A stretch of DNA of 50,100 nucleotides, the filler included, from Sphacelaria rigidula (lineage: Eukaryota), in NCBI GenBank assembly GCA_964200075.2. It is 3 parts of 3 records of this genome, joined end to end, with 100 filler letters (N's around TTAATTAATTAA, not from the genome) between each part and the next. Parts side by side here need not be neighbours in the genome. Positions count along the whole stretch, not along the records: positions 1 to 16,640 come from CAXNAA020001294.1; 2 more parts are not named here. One strand, 5' to 3'. How positions within the stretch are numbered: position 1 is the first letter of the stretch; the number at the start of each line of letters is the position of its first letter. A model generated the notes under the pieces. It did no database searches and had not been told where the DNA came from. It saw only the letters and a program-made list of their open reading frames with translations. The translations under genes were made by a program, and so were the position numbers. Shown here one piece after another: positions 1 to 12,300 of the stretch.

Positions 1-162
1 CCTTTTTTTTATTTGTGGGAAAAAAAAAAAGGACAACAAAAAATAATCGAAAAAAAAAAACGGATTTAAAATATTGCACCCCCCCCCCCCCCCCCCCCAA
101 GAATGCAAAAATGATGATTAAACACAAAGGCTGCCGGTCGCCACGCACAGCAATGCCCTTGC

Positions 163-241
163 CTGCACGCAGAAGGTTTGGAAAGTCCCACTCATGTTCT
201 TCGATCCCGACAGAGACCATACCAGCTCCGACGGCAGAGAT
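163..241 (-). CDS. TPRKB: TPRKB exon 3
   Basis: Acceptor GCACAG|, encodes SLPSELVWSLSGSKNMSGTFQTFCVQ, probable donor CAG|GCAAGG (GC type). Confidence 0.8.
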
Positions 242-3200
242 CTGTGCAGGGGTTCGGACACCGAAGCAGGCAGGCGGACAAGTTTGCTTTGCGAACTTTG
301 AGTACTACACATCAGACTGTTATATGAAGCATGGCCACGTGATACAGGGTACGTGTACTAATTCGAGCACCGTTCGGGTGAGCAAAGATGAACTCTTCTG
401 CCAGCCTGCACGTGACGTCTGTCTATTCCTACAGGGTTCAGATCTCACATCGAAATTATGCATATACATGTATATATATATATATATGCGTCTACCATGT
501 CGTTCTGCTCGACTTCTCCTGCTCCTCCTTTTTCTTCAGCGAGTGTTTCACTTTTTGTTTTTCTTGGGTACGTCTATCATGTCACTATCATGAGACCACG
601 GGTGGATCCCTGGGGGGCAGTTAAAGTGCGACAATCAATGATCTCAATCAAATCAAAATATTCACTCATCCCTGTTCAGGCACTCGTTTTTTTTTGTGCT
701 CTCCACTGATTCCGTAGACACAATCCATTGTTACGCTTGAAATGGACTTTTGGAACATACCATAAGTTGACATCTGGCCCGTGCAAACCATGCCCGCGGA
801 TATAGTCTTACATGCGCCATGTTCGTTACCGCTGAGGATGACCCCTTGAACCGTACAGGTGAATTAATGATGGCAAAATAGGTGAGCCAGTTTCCCTGTA
901 GCACTGGATGTACGATACCTTCAAGCTACCTGCCAGCTACTTTTTTTTTTCTTCTTTTGCCTCGGACGGTAAGTAAATGTTGTTCGATTGGTGCTTGTTT
1001 GAATATGTTGTACGAGTATAGTGTTGTTTTTACTTTTTCCTTTCTTTCATGGAAAGGACCGCCCGAACGGAGGAGAAATCAGTCGACGATTCTTGACGTG
1101 AAGATAAACGTAAGCAGGCCGGGGGAGGCTATTTCAGGCAAAATCGTGTGCAACGTTTTAAATTCAGCGTGATGTTACCGCAAAAAACAATGTTTTCGTG
1201 AGATTAAGAGTGGAGGATACGATTGAGAGTGAAGAGTGGTCAATCAGTGAATGAATCGTTTCAGTTCCGAAATGCCCCTTCACAAGGCTCGATTTGCTTT
1301 CTGCAGTAGCTTGCCACTGAGGCACTTGATATCCATGAGAAGGATATTGACATGTGGCTGTAAGCACACGGCAGTGATGAAGGCAAAGATGAGCACACAT
1401 GGAATGAAATATTGGGTAAGTTAAACCGGATGATCAAAGCCACTCTCAATCCGTGCTCTACTGTCATTCTCATAAAAACGTTGTTAAACGTCCACTCTCC
1501 GGTCCCATCCGTTTGCTTGAGGCACCATTGTATACAGCAGCAGCAGCAGCAGCAACAACAACAACAACAACAACAAAAAACAACGTTTCTACAGGGTCAT
1601 GCAGAACAACCTTGTGGGGTGTATAGCAGTTTTGTCACAGTTCGAGACAAGCAACACAGGGCCGAGCACACAAAAATAATGCAAGTCCGGTGTAGGTGGG
1701 GGGGGGTAGGGAATGGTATCTATACGATTCGGCTTTATTATAGAGCAATTTCTTCCCGTACAACTACCGAAGAACTTTGCTACAGTAACATCGGATCATT
1801 CGTCCACCCCGATTTTGTCCTCCCAACTGTAGTTTCCGCGATTTTGACTGGTAGGAGCCGGTGATTAATTCACACAGCCAGCGTTACATACCTGACAGCG
1901 TAAGTGTGACTTACCTATCGGAAGCCTCAACTACCCCAGTTCGTCTCCAACCTAGCCATTGTTGATATGACTTGATTTCAGTGTGAACACCGATATTCGG
2001 ATCCGTAGTGCGGCTGACAGTCCCGACTGTTTCCAAGCAAGCGTGCTTCCAACGCGTTTTTATTTTTTAAAAGGCACTTACGGCGCCAATTTGAGATCTG
2101 CCAGCTCACACATTATCTGGGGCATCCTTCGCACCTCCCTTGCCCGAGGGTTCTCGGTATGCCTTGGGTTGGGGTTGGGGTTAGGGTTAGGGTTAGGGTT
2201 AGGGTTGAAGTGTGGAAACCGTGGGATAATCTGGAGACGGCTTTGGGGTAAACCCCTCCTCAACTAGAGAGATGCCGACGGATTTGCTCACTGTGCGGCA
2301 TGTGCGCATGAACTTGCCTCGTCTTCATTTTACCGCTCTTTTCCTTCTCCACTGCCATTGTAGCAGCCACTCTCAGCTGAAAAACGCTCAGCACTAGCCC
2401 TGCGAGGAGCGGTCACGTCATAGAGCAGCCGAACATGGGGAAATACATGCATGAAATACCGATGTACCACACTATACTGACATTGTTACAGCACAGTAGT
2501 ACTGTACCGCACATGTGTTCACTTGCTGGTGTTTCTCCTAGCGCGAGCATAAGTGTCATTGTGACCTACAGCGCGAAACGATCGTAAGCAAGCGTGACTC
2601 TTGGAAATGCACACAGTTGCAGTTTTCACCCTGCTTGATCATAGACCACTTTCCACACACACCACGACGCACAAGGCTAGTGGCGTCCCTAGAAAGGCCA
2701 TGAGCTTGCCCGTTCAACGCGTCATAGATTGTCGCTCAAGTTTGCTGGCGACAATTCTATTTGTGGATTTATTGCGGCTGCCAAAGTGTGTAATGCGTGA
2801 AATTCACAACATATCGTTGGAAAAATTCAAGCTGAAGATCATTCGCATGTGGTCGAGTGCTCGTATCTTGGATTGAGTACAGAATTCAAAAAAGCAGACG
2901 AGACCTGTGTTCGCAGGACCAATATTTGCCCGTTACACAACGCATGGCACGCATGGAGTCGACGGCATCGTCAAAATGGCCGTAACTTCACCAGTCCATC
3001 GCGATCCAGCACCGAGACATATCTCGTAATTGTCTGAATCAATCCGACGAATTTCGCTGGCTTCGCTTTCCCCAACCGTCTTGCTTTGTGCTATTTTACT
3101 ACATGAAGAAATGAGGCGGAGAGTTGTCAGCCCTAGCCTCAAAGCCACACATTCGGGCAGGTAAGGGGGTGCGGAATGATCGGATCGTTTCGGCTGGGGT

Positions 3201-3330
3201 ATTGAGAACAACGCAAATATGTTGTTACTATTTTGATACAGTCAGAGCCTGTGACCACGGAAGGGGTCCGCATCAGATGCCCAGTGCGAATGTACCGCGC
3301 AGATATCGGAACGGTTCTTGATGTGAAGAC

Positions 3331-3377
<47 letters not shown>

Positions 3378-6300
3378 GTCAGTTAAAGCGCCACAATTAA
3401 ATCAATCAGCGAAAAAACGTAGAAATATATTCCAGCAGCAACAAAGACAGGGGGGACACCAATCAATGAAGGATATGACGCAGGCGCACGCGCACGAAAA
3501 ACGACAAGATCTCGCCAAAAACAGAAAACAAAGGCGCCATTCCGCACTATGCAACAACAATTCCATACACACAACGCGAGAACACGCGTCCCGGTTAACA
3601 CGTCGAAGGACTTCCGCCAAACAGTAAACAAAGCCAACATGCTTGCACTATGCCACACGACACAACCGACCGAGGACACACCGCAACAATAGGATTAGGA
3701 TAGCGCGTCCTGGTCAACACGCTCTGCCGAAAGACCTGATGGCGCATCCAGGCTCGGGTTTGGTAACGCTCGAGTGACCCGAAGGGCTGCCAGGTTTGTA
3801 GTGAGTATCTGGCGTTCCTAAACCTTCTGAAGAGCTGCAAGAGACGTGGGTGCCGGCCGGGCGATCCGTGGTGGCATTGTTTCCAATTTGAGATCCGCAG
3901 CAGGTGGGCTTGAGGCTTTTGTACTGTGATCGCAAGGTGAAATACCTCAACCGTAACAGGCTCGTGTTTAATTCAATATCTACGGCAAATTTCGTCTGAG
4001 AACGCAAAATCGATTTTCGCCTGCAGCAGGAGACCATAGCTGCTCAAAAGACAAGAAGGATAGCTCACGAAATCATCTTGCCTACAGAAATGCATCAAGT
4101 GGCGAGAGGATCGCACTCGTGGGCTGAGATCAGCTTTTGGGAATCGATCGAACAAGGGGTGACCCGTCGGTATAAGAAAGATCTTAACAGGATCGGACTC
4201 ATTTGCGGCAGGTTCAGCGTTATACTATCGTCTGAAAACACAACACCACTGTTCGTGATACTATAGATTGCTCTGCTTTGCATCGCGCTTCCAATTTTCT
4301 TTCCCTTTGTTATAGGTTACTTCTTGTGCATGAAAAAATAAATATTGTTGAAATGTGCATTTTTGACCCTTCTCAATCAGTCTTCGCCCGAAAAGAGGGC
4401 CAGGCGGATGTTGACACCTTGGAATGACTTGCTGCGCTCGTTGAGACGGTTCTAGAGTACCTTTGCGTTTTCCGTAGGTCACAGCTTTGTTCTTAACCAA
4501 ACTTGCGTTTTCAAAAACAAACGGTCAACTTATAAAAAAAACAGGGTGAAATCTGCCATTTTTCTGATAACTTGACCGTTTGTTATTGAAAATGCAAGTT
4601 TGGTCAAAAGCAAAACTGCGACTTGCGGGAAACGCAAAGGTGTTCTCGAACGGTCTCAACGAGCACAGCGAGTCATTCCAAGGTGTCAGCATCCACCTGG
4701 CTCTATTTTCGGACGAAAAACGATGGAGAAGGGTCAAAAATGTACTTTTCGGTAAGATTTGTTCTTTTATACATAAGAAGTAGCATTTTATGATGGAAAA
4801 GGAGCATAATCGGCATACAAGTAGAAACACGGGAAGAAACACTCAAAATTCATGAAGTATAAATCCACTGAAGCTCTCGCGTCTGTGCACTTCTATATGA
4901 AACCACAAACATACCCGCCCGCCGTCGGGACTGCTGAATACGGTTGATGAAGTTCGTCTCCATGGCTACCAACTCTCCAACACTACAGACAGTAGTATAA
5001 TAGTCGTGCAGTCAAGTGTATGTGTTGGCGCTGTGGTGCTGGGGTGTGTGCTCGACGGGGGAAAGTCTTCACTGATTGGTTCCTCGCAAGCTACTTTTCG
5101 TGTGACAGAATGCTGTTTGTTTGACGACAACGCATTCGCTGTAGGAAGAGGGCCTGCCGTGGTTGCGGGGAAAATATGTACTGCGTATCGAAGCAACAGT
5201 CTCTTCGCTCCTACACTGTACAAAAAACATACCCGCCCGCCGTCGGGACTTCGATGTAGGAAGAGGGCCGGCCGTGGTTGTGGGAAAAACGCAAAAAGTA
5301 TATCCACCTACATCGGGGGAAATAAGAATCCACCCACACCTTTTACTATAACCGATCCCGCGTCGTTTTTATTCAATTCTGGAGCGCACGTTTTTTTAAT
5401 CTCAGGCCCGTTACGGATATTCGCGCACAAAGCAAAGCCTTCACGTGTACCGTAGTGCAGGCAGTAGCCAGTGGTCATCTCCTCTGCATCTGCATCCACT
5501 GCCAAGGCAGTAGTACAAGGTTACAAGTACAGGCTACAGTTGTGCCGTGTTTGCGAAGCACAGCCTATACTTGAAATGTCATACTGTTAGCAAAATCCAC
5601 GGCCTGTACTTGTGAATACTCATGCGCCCTGCTGCAACACCCTGGCACTGCACTGTACTACTACTGTTACAGTATACCGTAAAGTCTACATCGTACTGTT
5701 TGTATTGTGCCCATCATCTCGAGAAAAAAATATCATCCACGGCACCACCGGATGATGAAAGATCCAAGTGGGTGTTTTCCGTCGTGCTTCACAGTGACTC
5801 GTGCTGGCTGGACTTCGATATTCCGTCGGTCCTCTTTGTGTCTGTCGTTTTTTTCGTTTCGTCTTTTACGTGCTCACCGTTTCCCTTGAATTGTGCGATC
5901 ACTTTTAATCGACGTTCAGGGTCATGTGAATGGGGGTTGCCCATTTTGAATGCGGTTGATGAAGTTCATCCCCATGGCAAGCAACTCTCCGGTTCAAAAA
6001 AGTCCTAGACAGATGTTGGACTTCTGTATAGTGTACGCAGTACACTTCTATTCATGTAGTCTACCGTCGGTTCTAAAAAGTTCTAGTAACACTGTTGGAC
6101 TTCGGTATTGTATTCAGTGTGTTACTCTGTACTATCTATGATACTGTACTGCATTGTACCGTCAAAGTTCTCTTTAAAAAAAAAGGTTTTTGTCACAGAT
6201 TTTCCGTCACAAGAAATCAAGGTGACATGAGAAAAGACCCAAGACAACACCATTTTTCGTGCTGAAAATTGAAATGCCGCAGGAGACGACAGCTGCTCAA

Positions 6301-9300
6301 AAGACACTGGAGAGATTACGAAGTGATCGGAAATGGTTGGCGATATTTTGATATACAACTGATGAAAAAGAGTGAGATGTCCAGGACACCCAGCCCAAGT
6401 TCCCGCCACAAGCGATGAGCGCTGGAGCGCACCACGCACACAGTCGATTCGTCGGCCTTCTGCTAAGTTGTGGCAACCCACACCGGGAGTAGGCTGAGTT
6501 GTGATGCGGTATCCTAATCCAACGGAGAAGGACCGCCTGGCTGAAATGTAACGCAATACCATTTTGTCAGGAGAGAGGTTCAAGCCCACTTCCTTGAGTA
6601 GGTGCAGCCGCTTTGTGGGTTGTCGGGAAGTCGTGCCCAATATAACTTCCTTGTTGACTAGGTCGAAGTCCAAGATGGTAAGTCGTAGAGTGTTGAGCAA
6701 AAATGTTGATAGATTGTTTATTACTGTATTTAATGTAGTTTTCTACGAACCAACACAGTTGAACTCCAACGCGTACTCGTAGTCCACAACCAGAGGAGCA
6801 GAGGGAAGAGATGGGATGGGGAGGAGTGAAGAGGGCGGGGGAACGAAGAGGCATCATCTTTGTTCCACCTCGTCGACCCTTCTTGCCCTTCTATCGTACC
6901 TCATTCCAAACTTGTGATTGCATTCTCGCACAATCCCATACCGTAGATTTTGAACACACTTGCAGTCCACAACCAGAGGAGCAGAGGGAAGAGATGGGAT
7001 GGAGAGGAGTGAAGAGGGCGGGGGAACGAAGAGGCATGATCTTCGTTTCACCCCCTCGACCCTTCTAGCCCTTCTACCGTACCTCATTCCGAACTTGTGA
7101 TTCCATCCTCGCACAATCCCATATCGTAGATTTTGAACACACATCCCCCCTGATGCAACACCCAAAATTTGTATGTTTTTGCTGTACTTTTAGAATCACT
7201 GCAAGACTTCCCGACCTGCCAACCCTGAACACATGTATTTTCTTGCGACATTACTTTACTTTCATACACAAGCGCACTCAAATCACTCTGAAGCTGGAGC
7301 TACACTTTGCGTTCCCTGCAAATTCTACAACTCCATCCCTGTATTACGGACAACGGTTATTCAAGCTACTTTCAGCTCGATTCCTACTCACACACGCTTT
7401 CCTTCATTTGATTTGAACTTGCCATATCCTGAACAAAAACGCCTCCGAATGCTTGGCTCACCACATCAGCCCCTTCTGTGAACCTAAATTGTATCTCCTG
7501 TATGTGAATCACACTTGTGAGAACCCAACATACCTTATAGTTCTGTCCAAAAACCTTTTATTGGCTCTATTAATGGGAACTCCAGGCCAATGTCTGCTGG
7601 TAAATGGTCCCTTGATCCACGTCCTGTTGTCTGAGATGAGCTGCATGGATAGATCGCAGATCATCCCCACCTCATCTAACAACCACAGCTACTCTTCTAT
7701 CCACTTCCACTCTGTCTGTCAAGCTCATTCGAGCATTGTCCTGTTGACTTAACGCTACCGACGTAGCTTAACTGGCAAGAGCACTTTGCGTTTCGCTTGC
7801 GTTTCGCTTGCGTTTCGCTTGCGTTTCGCAGAGAGAGTAAGGGTTCAAATCCCTTCGTCGGTCTTCTATCGTATACGACCCTCATGTACAGATAAATTTG
7901 GTGAACAAACTTATGCCAAGCGCGAAAATTCTGCGTGAGTCTCAATATTTTCACTCAACCCTCATTCTTCATCACTCAAACTCACAAACATGGAAGACAA
8001 GAAACTGAAAGAACATAGATTCATTCGCTTGCTATACTTACTGAATATATCACACCCCAGCATCCGTTCCCTTACTTCTATTGCTGCCTGTGTGCAATCA
8101 ACACACTAAAACCAACCGTCAATTTCCATATTAAAACAGAGAAAACATTTCAACCAAGAAGTCAGACAACCCTCGTTCTCTCCGAGCCGCTCTTCTTCTT
8201 CTCGTGCCATTAAACCGAATTGTACCGACGTCAACTCACCCCAATCATCTACAGTCCTGTGATATCTTGTCCTCATGGCCCGATGATCCTCGATGGTCTC
8301 CTTCATTCCTGCAGGCTACAGCGTGTGCGCAAAGTATTTCGACGTCCTCCGTTGTACACGGTGGTGCCAGCACCAATCCGTCACTTGGTTCCGAGAAGCC
8401 TTCAAGTTTTCCACAAGAAGGTGAATATTGTACCGCTTCCTAAGGTTCAACATCCTCAAGGTATGCGGGCGACTTTGTAGCTCCGCATTCTCCTGGACGC
8501 CCATAACCCGAGCCAAGTGCCAACCTGCTTTCTGCATTCGGTAGTAAATGTAGCAGTCGACAATTTGTGGGTCATGAGCGTGAGGGCCAGCATCAACATC
8601 TTCTCGAGGCTCATATCCTCTTGCCACAAACATTTTTCTCCTTTCACGAACCTCCGCTCGTTTTGCCAAATTAACACGATATTTTCGGTACTTGGAATTA
8701 TCTCGTTTATCCGTTTTCAGGTTTTCCATCCAATGTGCCAGAATAACTCTACCTTGTGGCTTCACATCCCCCTCATGTTCCTTCCCACCGTGGGTTTTCC
8801 AAATTCTCCCAGTATATTAAATATTGTACTGACTGTGTTCCTCCCAGACTTCGGGATAGTCGATGACTCACGATTTTGGTGGGCATCATCCGATATGTAT
8901 CCAGCTGCACTGACACATCATCCATCGTCATGTGTAAAGGTGGAGACAGCTCCGAGTACTGATTCAGCACATACTGACTTGATGGACGGCGGAAACGATT
9001 TCGGTGGTTCGGGATTATTCTTTGAGTTCAAACATTATTTGCACCTCAACACGGAGACTCGGGAGCTCATAACCAATCCAGGCTCATTCTTCCTTGTTTC
9101 CAGGACCAGTAGCTTTTATCTTACCAATTCTGCCTTTTCTGAGATGCCTGGGCCCACCACCAAGATTTTGTACGGTCCTGTCCAGGAGGAGTAGTCGTTT
9201 CCCTTTCTCGTACCGTGGACAAATACCCAGTCGCCTACTTTCCAGGTTGAACGCCCGTTCAGAGTTTCTTCCAACGGTTCATTATTCGACACGTGTTTGG

Positions 9301-12300
9301 ATTTTATCGAATAGTCTTCCTGCTGCACCAGATCATATGCGTTGATTTGACGATCTTTCATCAACTGTAAATGCTTAAGTTGATCTGCCTTTGACCCTTG
9401 GTGTCCGGACACACCTCTTCTTTCTAGGATGGCCATGGGTAACCGAGGATACCTTCCGATATGCACTTCATTGAGCGCCAGCCCTATTCCTCTACTTGCA
9501 TTATTGTTGTGTGCAGTAATTGCGCGTAACAAGAATTTGTCTCACTTTTTTCTGGTCATCTTCCACCAAATCCGACAAAATCCGACACAACGTGTGGTTC
9601 AATCGCTCTACTATCCCATTGGTTTGTGGGTGATACACTCTCGTGTATCGTTTCACGGCTCTCAACATGTCACAGACAATATTTGCTACTTTTGCGGTGA
9701 ATTCCGTTCCTGGATCCGGCAGTAACGTGTGAGAATATGCCCACCTCGGTACGTGTTCATGCCTTAAAATCGCAGCACAACCTTCTACGGTTTTCTCTTA
9801 TATAGTAAACGCGTAAGCTTCCGCATGCCTTCTGAACAAGTCGACCATCAGTAAGATATAGGTGTTTTCCTTGATTCGTTTCTGACAACGTGTGTGTTGT
9901 GTTGTCGTCCCAGCTATTATAGACACCGGTCTACTCCTTTTGGTATATGTGGACGCACCAGCCGGGGTCATGTAGGAGGAAGGTCAATACAGGAGTTTTT
10001 TTTCTTCTTTGTTCGCTTTAGTTCTTCACCTTCCTTCTGCGGTGCTTGCCTTTTGTTTTTTATCGCAAGAGGGTTTCAGCACTTCTTTTCTCTCGTCGAC
10101 CATTCAGTCGAATTTTGTGTACCCACGACGTAGTCGCTCTCCACTGTTGGGCACTGTGTGAGAAAAAATCCAAAATTGCTCCGAGATTCGAACCCACGAC
10201 CCAACCGTCAAAAGGTGTCGAGGTTACCAACTGACCCACCGGGGCGACCGGCATCAATGGACCCGATAAATCAAACGAGACCGTCTGTCCTGGCTGACTC
10301 GGCAGAGGTTAGGAGACCAGAGGCCATCAAACCGTATGTCTCCGGTTTATTCCGTGCTTGACGGAAGCAGCGCTTAACCAGAATTTGACACTGTCCTTCG
10401 TCTCAATCCACCAATAGCATCATTTCAACAGGGATAACGTAATACCCTCCCCCAAATGAATAGCTCCTTTGTGAGTTTGATCCGTTACCCAAGGTCTCAA
10501 TAACAGTGCCATGTACGTTCGTGTTAGCTTTTCTCCCAAATCTCTCGAATTGCCCAGGATATCGGTGCACTTGAGCGGGCATCCGCGTCCGGTGCTTCGC
10601 CCACAAAATACTCCCATCCGACAGTTCAAAAAGTGTTCAATCTTCTTCAACCATTTTTTGTCAAGTCGGGTAGGTTAATTCGTACAGGGACACCTTTTTC
10701 TCCATCTTTTGTCAGTACCATCACTTGTTTTTTCAAATATTTACAGGAGATATACCTGCTGTATTCTAGCCCAGTCTGTTGCCGATTTCTGGCACAACTG
10801 TTCTCCAAAATGACAAGCTTCCCCAGTTTCCAGCGAGGGTGGTATCGTTGCTGACTACACCGTACTACTGCCTACTTCTACGGGATTGGAATCGATCACC
10901 GACACGGATCTGTGCTTTCGTGTCTGCAGTAATCTTCTCCCTACTTCCGTGATTTGGCATACATCCAACATTGGACCTTGGTCCCACTATCCTTTGACCA
11001 TATTCGTGATCTGGGGGAATATTGAAGGAGAACCATCCGGTACCGCGTACGAATACTTCTCCTTTTTTTCCCTAGCAGACCCTCTTGTCTTGCATCTACT
11101 CCTTTCTTTTTGTAACTCGACCCGCCTTTGGTCTGCTTCCTCGTTGGTTGTGAGAGGCACTGTACTGACATTTTTCTCAACATTTTTCAAACCCGATTCA
11201 GGATCTAGCTCATTCAAATTTGAATCGTGGGCACCCACTACAGATGCTACGTGTCCCTCGCTGGACGGGTTTTGAAAATACTCGGCCGAACTCCACCAGC
11301 CCCGATGAAATAGACATACATGTCTTCCGGGTACGTAATTTGGGCCTCGAATTGATCGTCATCATTTAGCGGCTGTGGCAAATGAGACAAAATAGCGGCA
11401 TTCGCGTTCACACGTCCTGGCTTGTACTTAATTTCGTAAGTGTGCGCACTTAGGAAGTCGTGCTAGCGCTGAACTCGCGGAACCGTTTCTGCAAGGCTCA
11501 TTAAATTTCGCACCGGTTGGTGATCAATATAAATCTCGAATAGCACATCATAGAAAAGCGGCCTATTCTTTTCGATGACCCACATAATGGCTGCTGCTTC
11601 TAATTCGGACACACTCCAGTTTCTTCCGTTGGGAAGTGTTCCTCTGCTTAAAAACACAAGGGAACGAGCCGTACTATCTTCTTGACGTTGTTCAACCACC
11701 GCGCTCAGACTATCCAAAGATGCATCCTTGGTAAGCATATACGGTCGTTTTCCCGAAGCCGCGCCTTCGTAATCAGGAAACGCTAGAAAATTCGCACCTG
11801 TCAGTGATGATAACATTCCCCTGACAATGGATCCATGCTGTTGGATCGACTGAATGCGAACCCCCATCCGTAGCAACTGCTCTAGAGCTCTGATTCGCGC
11901 AGCTATCCGTGGAATAAATTGACGATAGTATCCCAAATCTCCCAACAACAATCTCAGCTGGGATACATCAGACATCAGACATCAGACATTAGACGGCATT
12001 GGCATTTCGCGTAAAGCCTGTACTTTCTCCTGGTCCGGGAAAAAATTATCAGCGAAGATGTGGTGTCCTAAACAATTAGTTTCTCTCGCCCCTACATGTG
12101 TCTTTTTCGGTGCCAACTTACGGTTGTACTTGGTCAGTCACTGAATAAGACCTTCCAAGTTCTCTACATGCTATTTCCCAGTTCCACTGAAAGTACAAAC
12201 ATTGTCAATTCAAGGCGACAACGTTTCAGACCATCACATATACGCGCCATAGTAGACTGGAACCAACTTGGGCTTTCACTACATCCCACCGGCATGGCCA

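Noticed and set aside
1412-1864. Poly-Gln ORF
   Set aside because: Intronic CAG/CAA microsatellite next to a MITE; not a gene
2166-2207. True telomere
   Set aside because: Short, degenerate, and internal to an intron
7786-7829. CRISPR-like repeat array
   Set aside because: Head-to-tail 11-mers with no spacers; eukaryotic context; no cas genes
8517-9194. 225-aa plus-strand ORF
   Set aside because: Antisense shadow of the Gypsy integrase/chromodomain region
10170-10250. tRNA gene (also 24450-24530, 38780-38857, 50001-50075)
   Set aside because: These are SINE heads: each is attached to the same body and lacks a full cloverleaf
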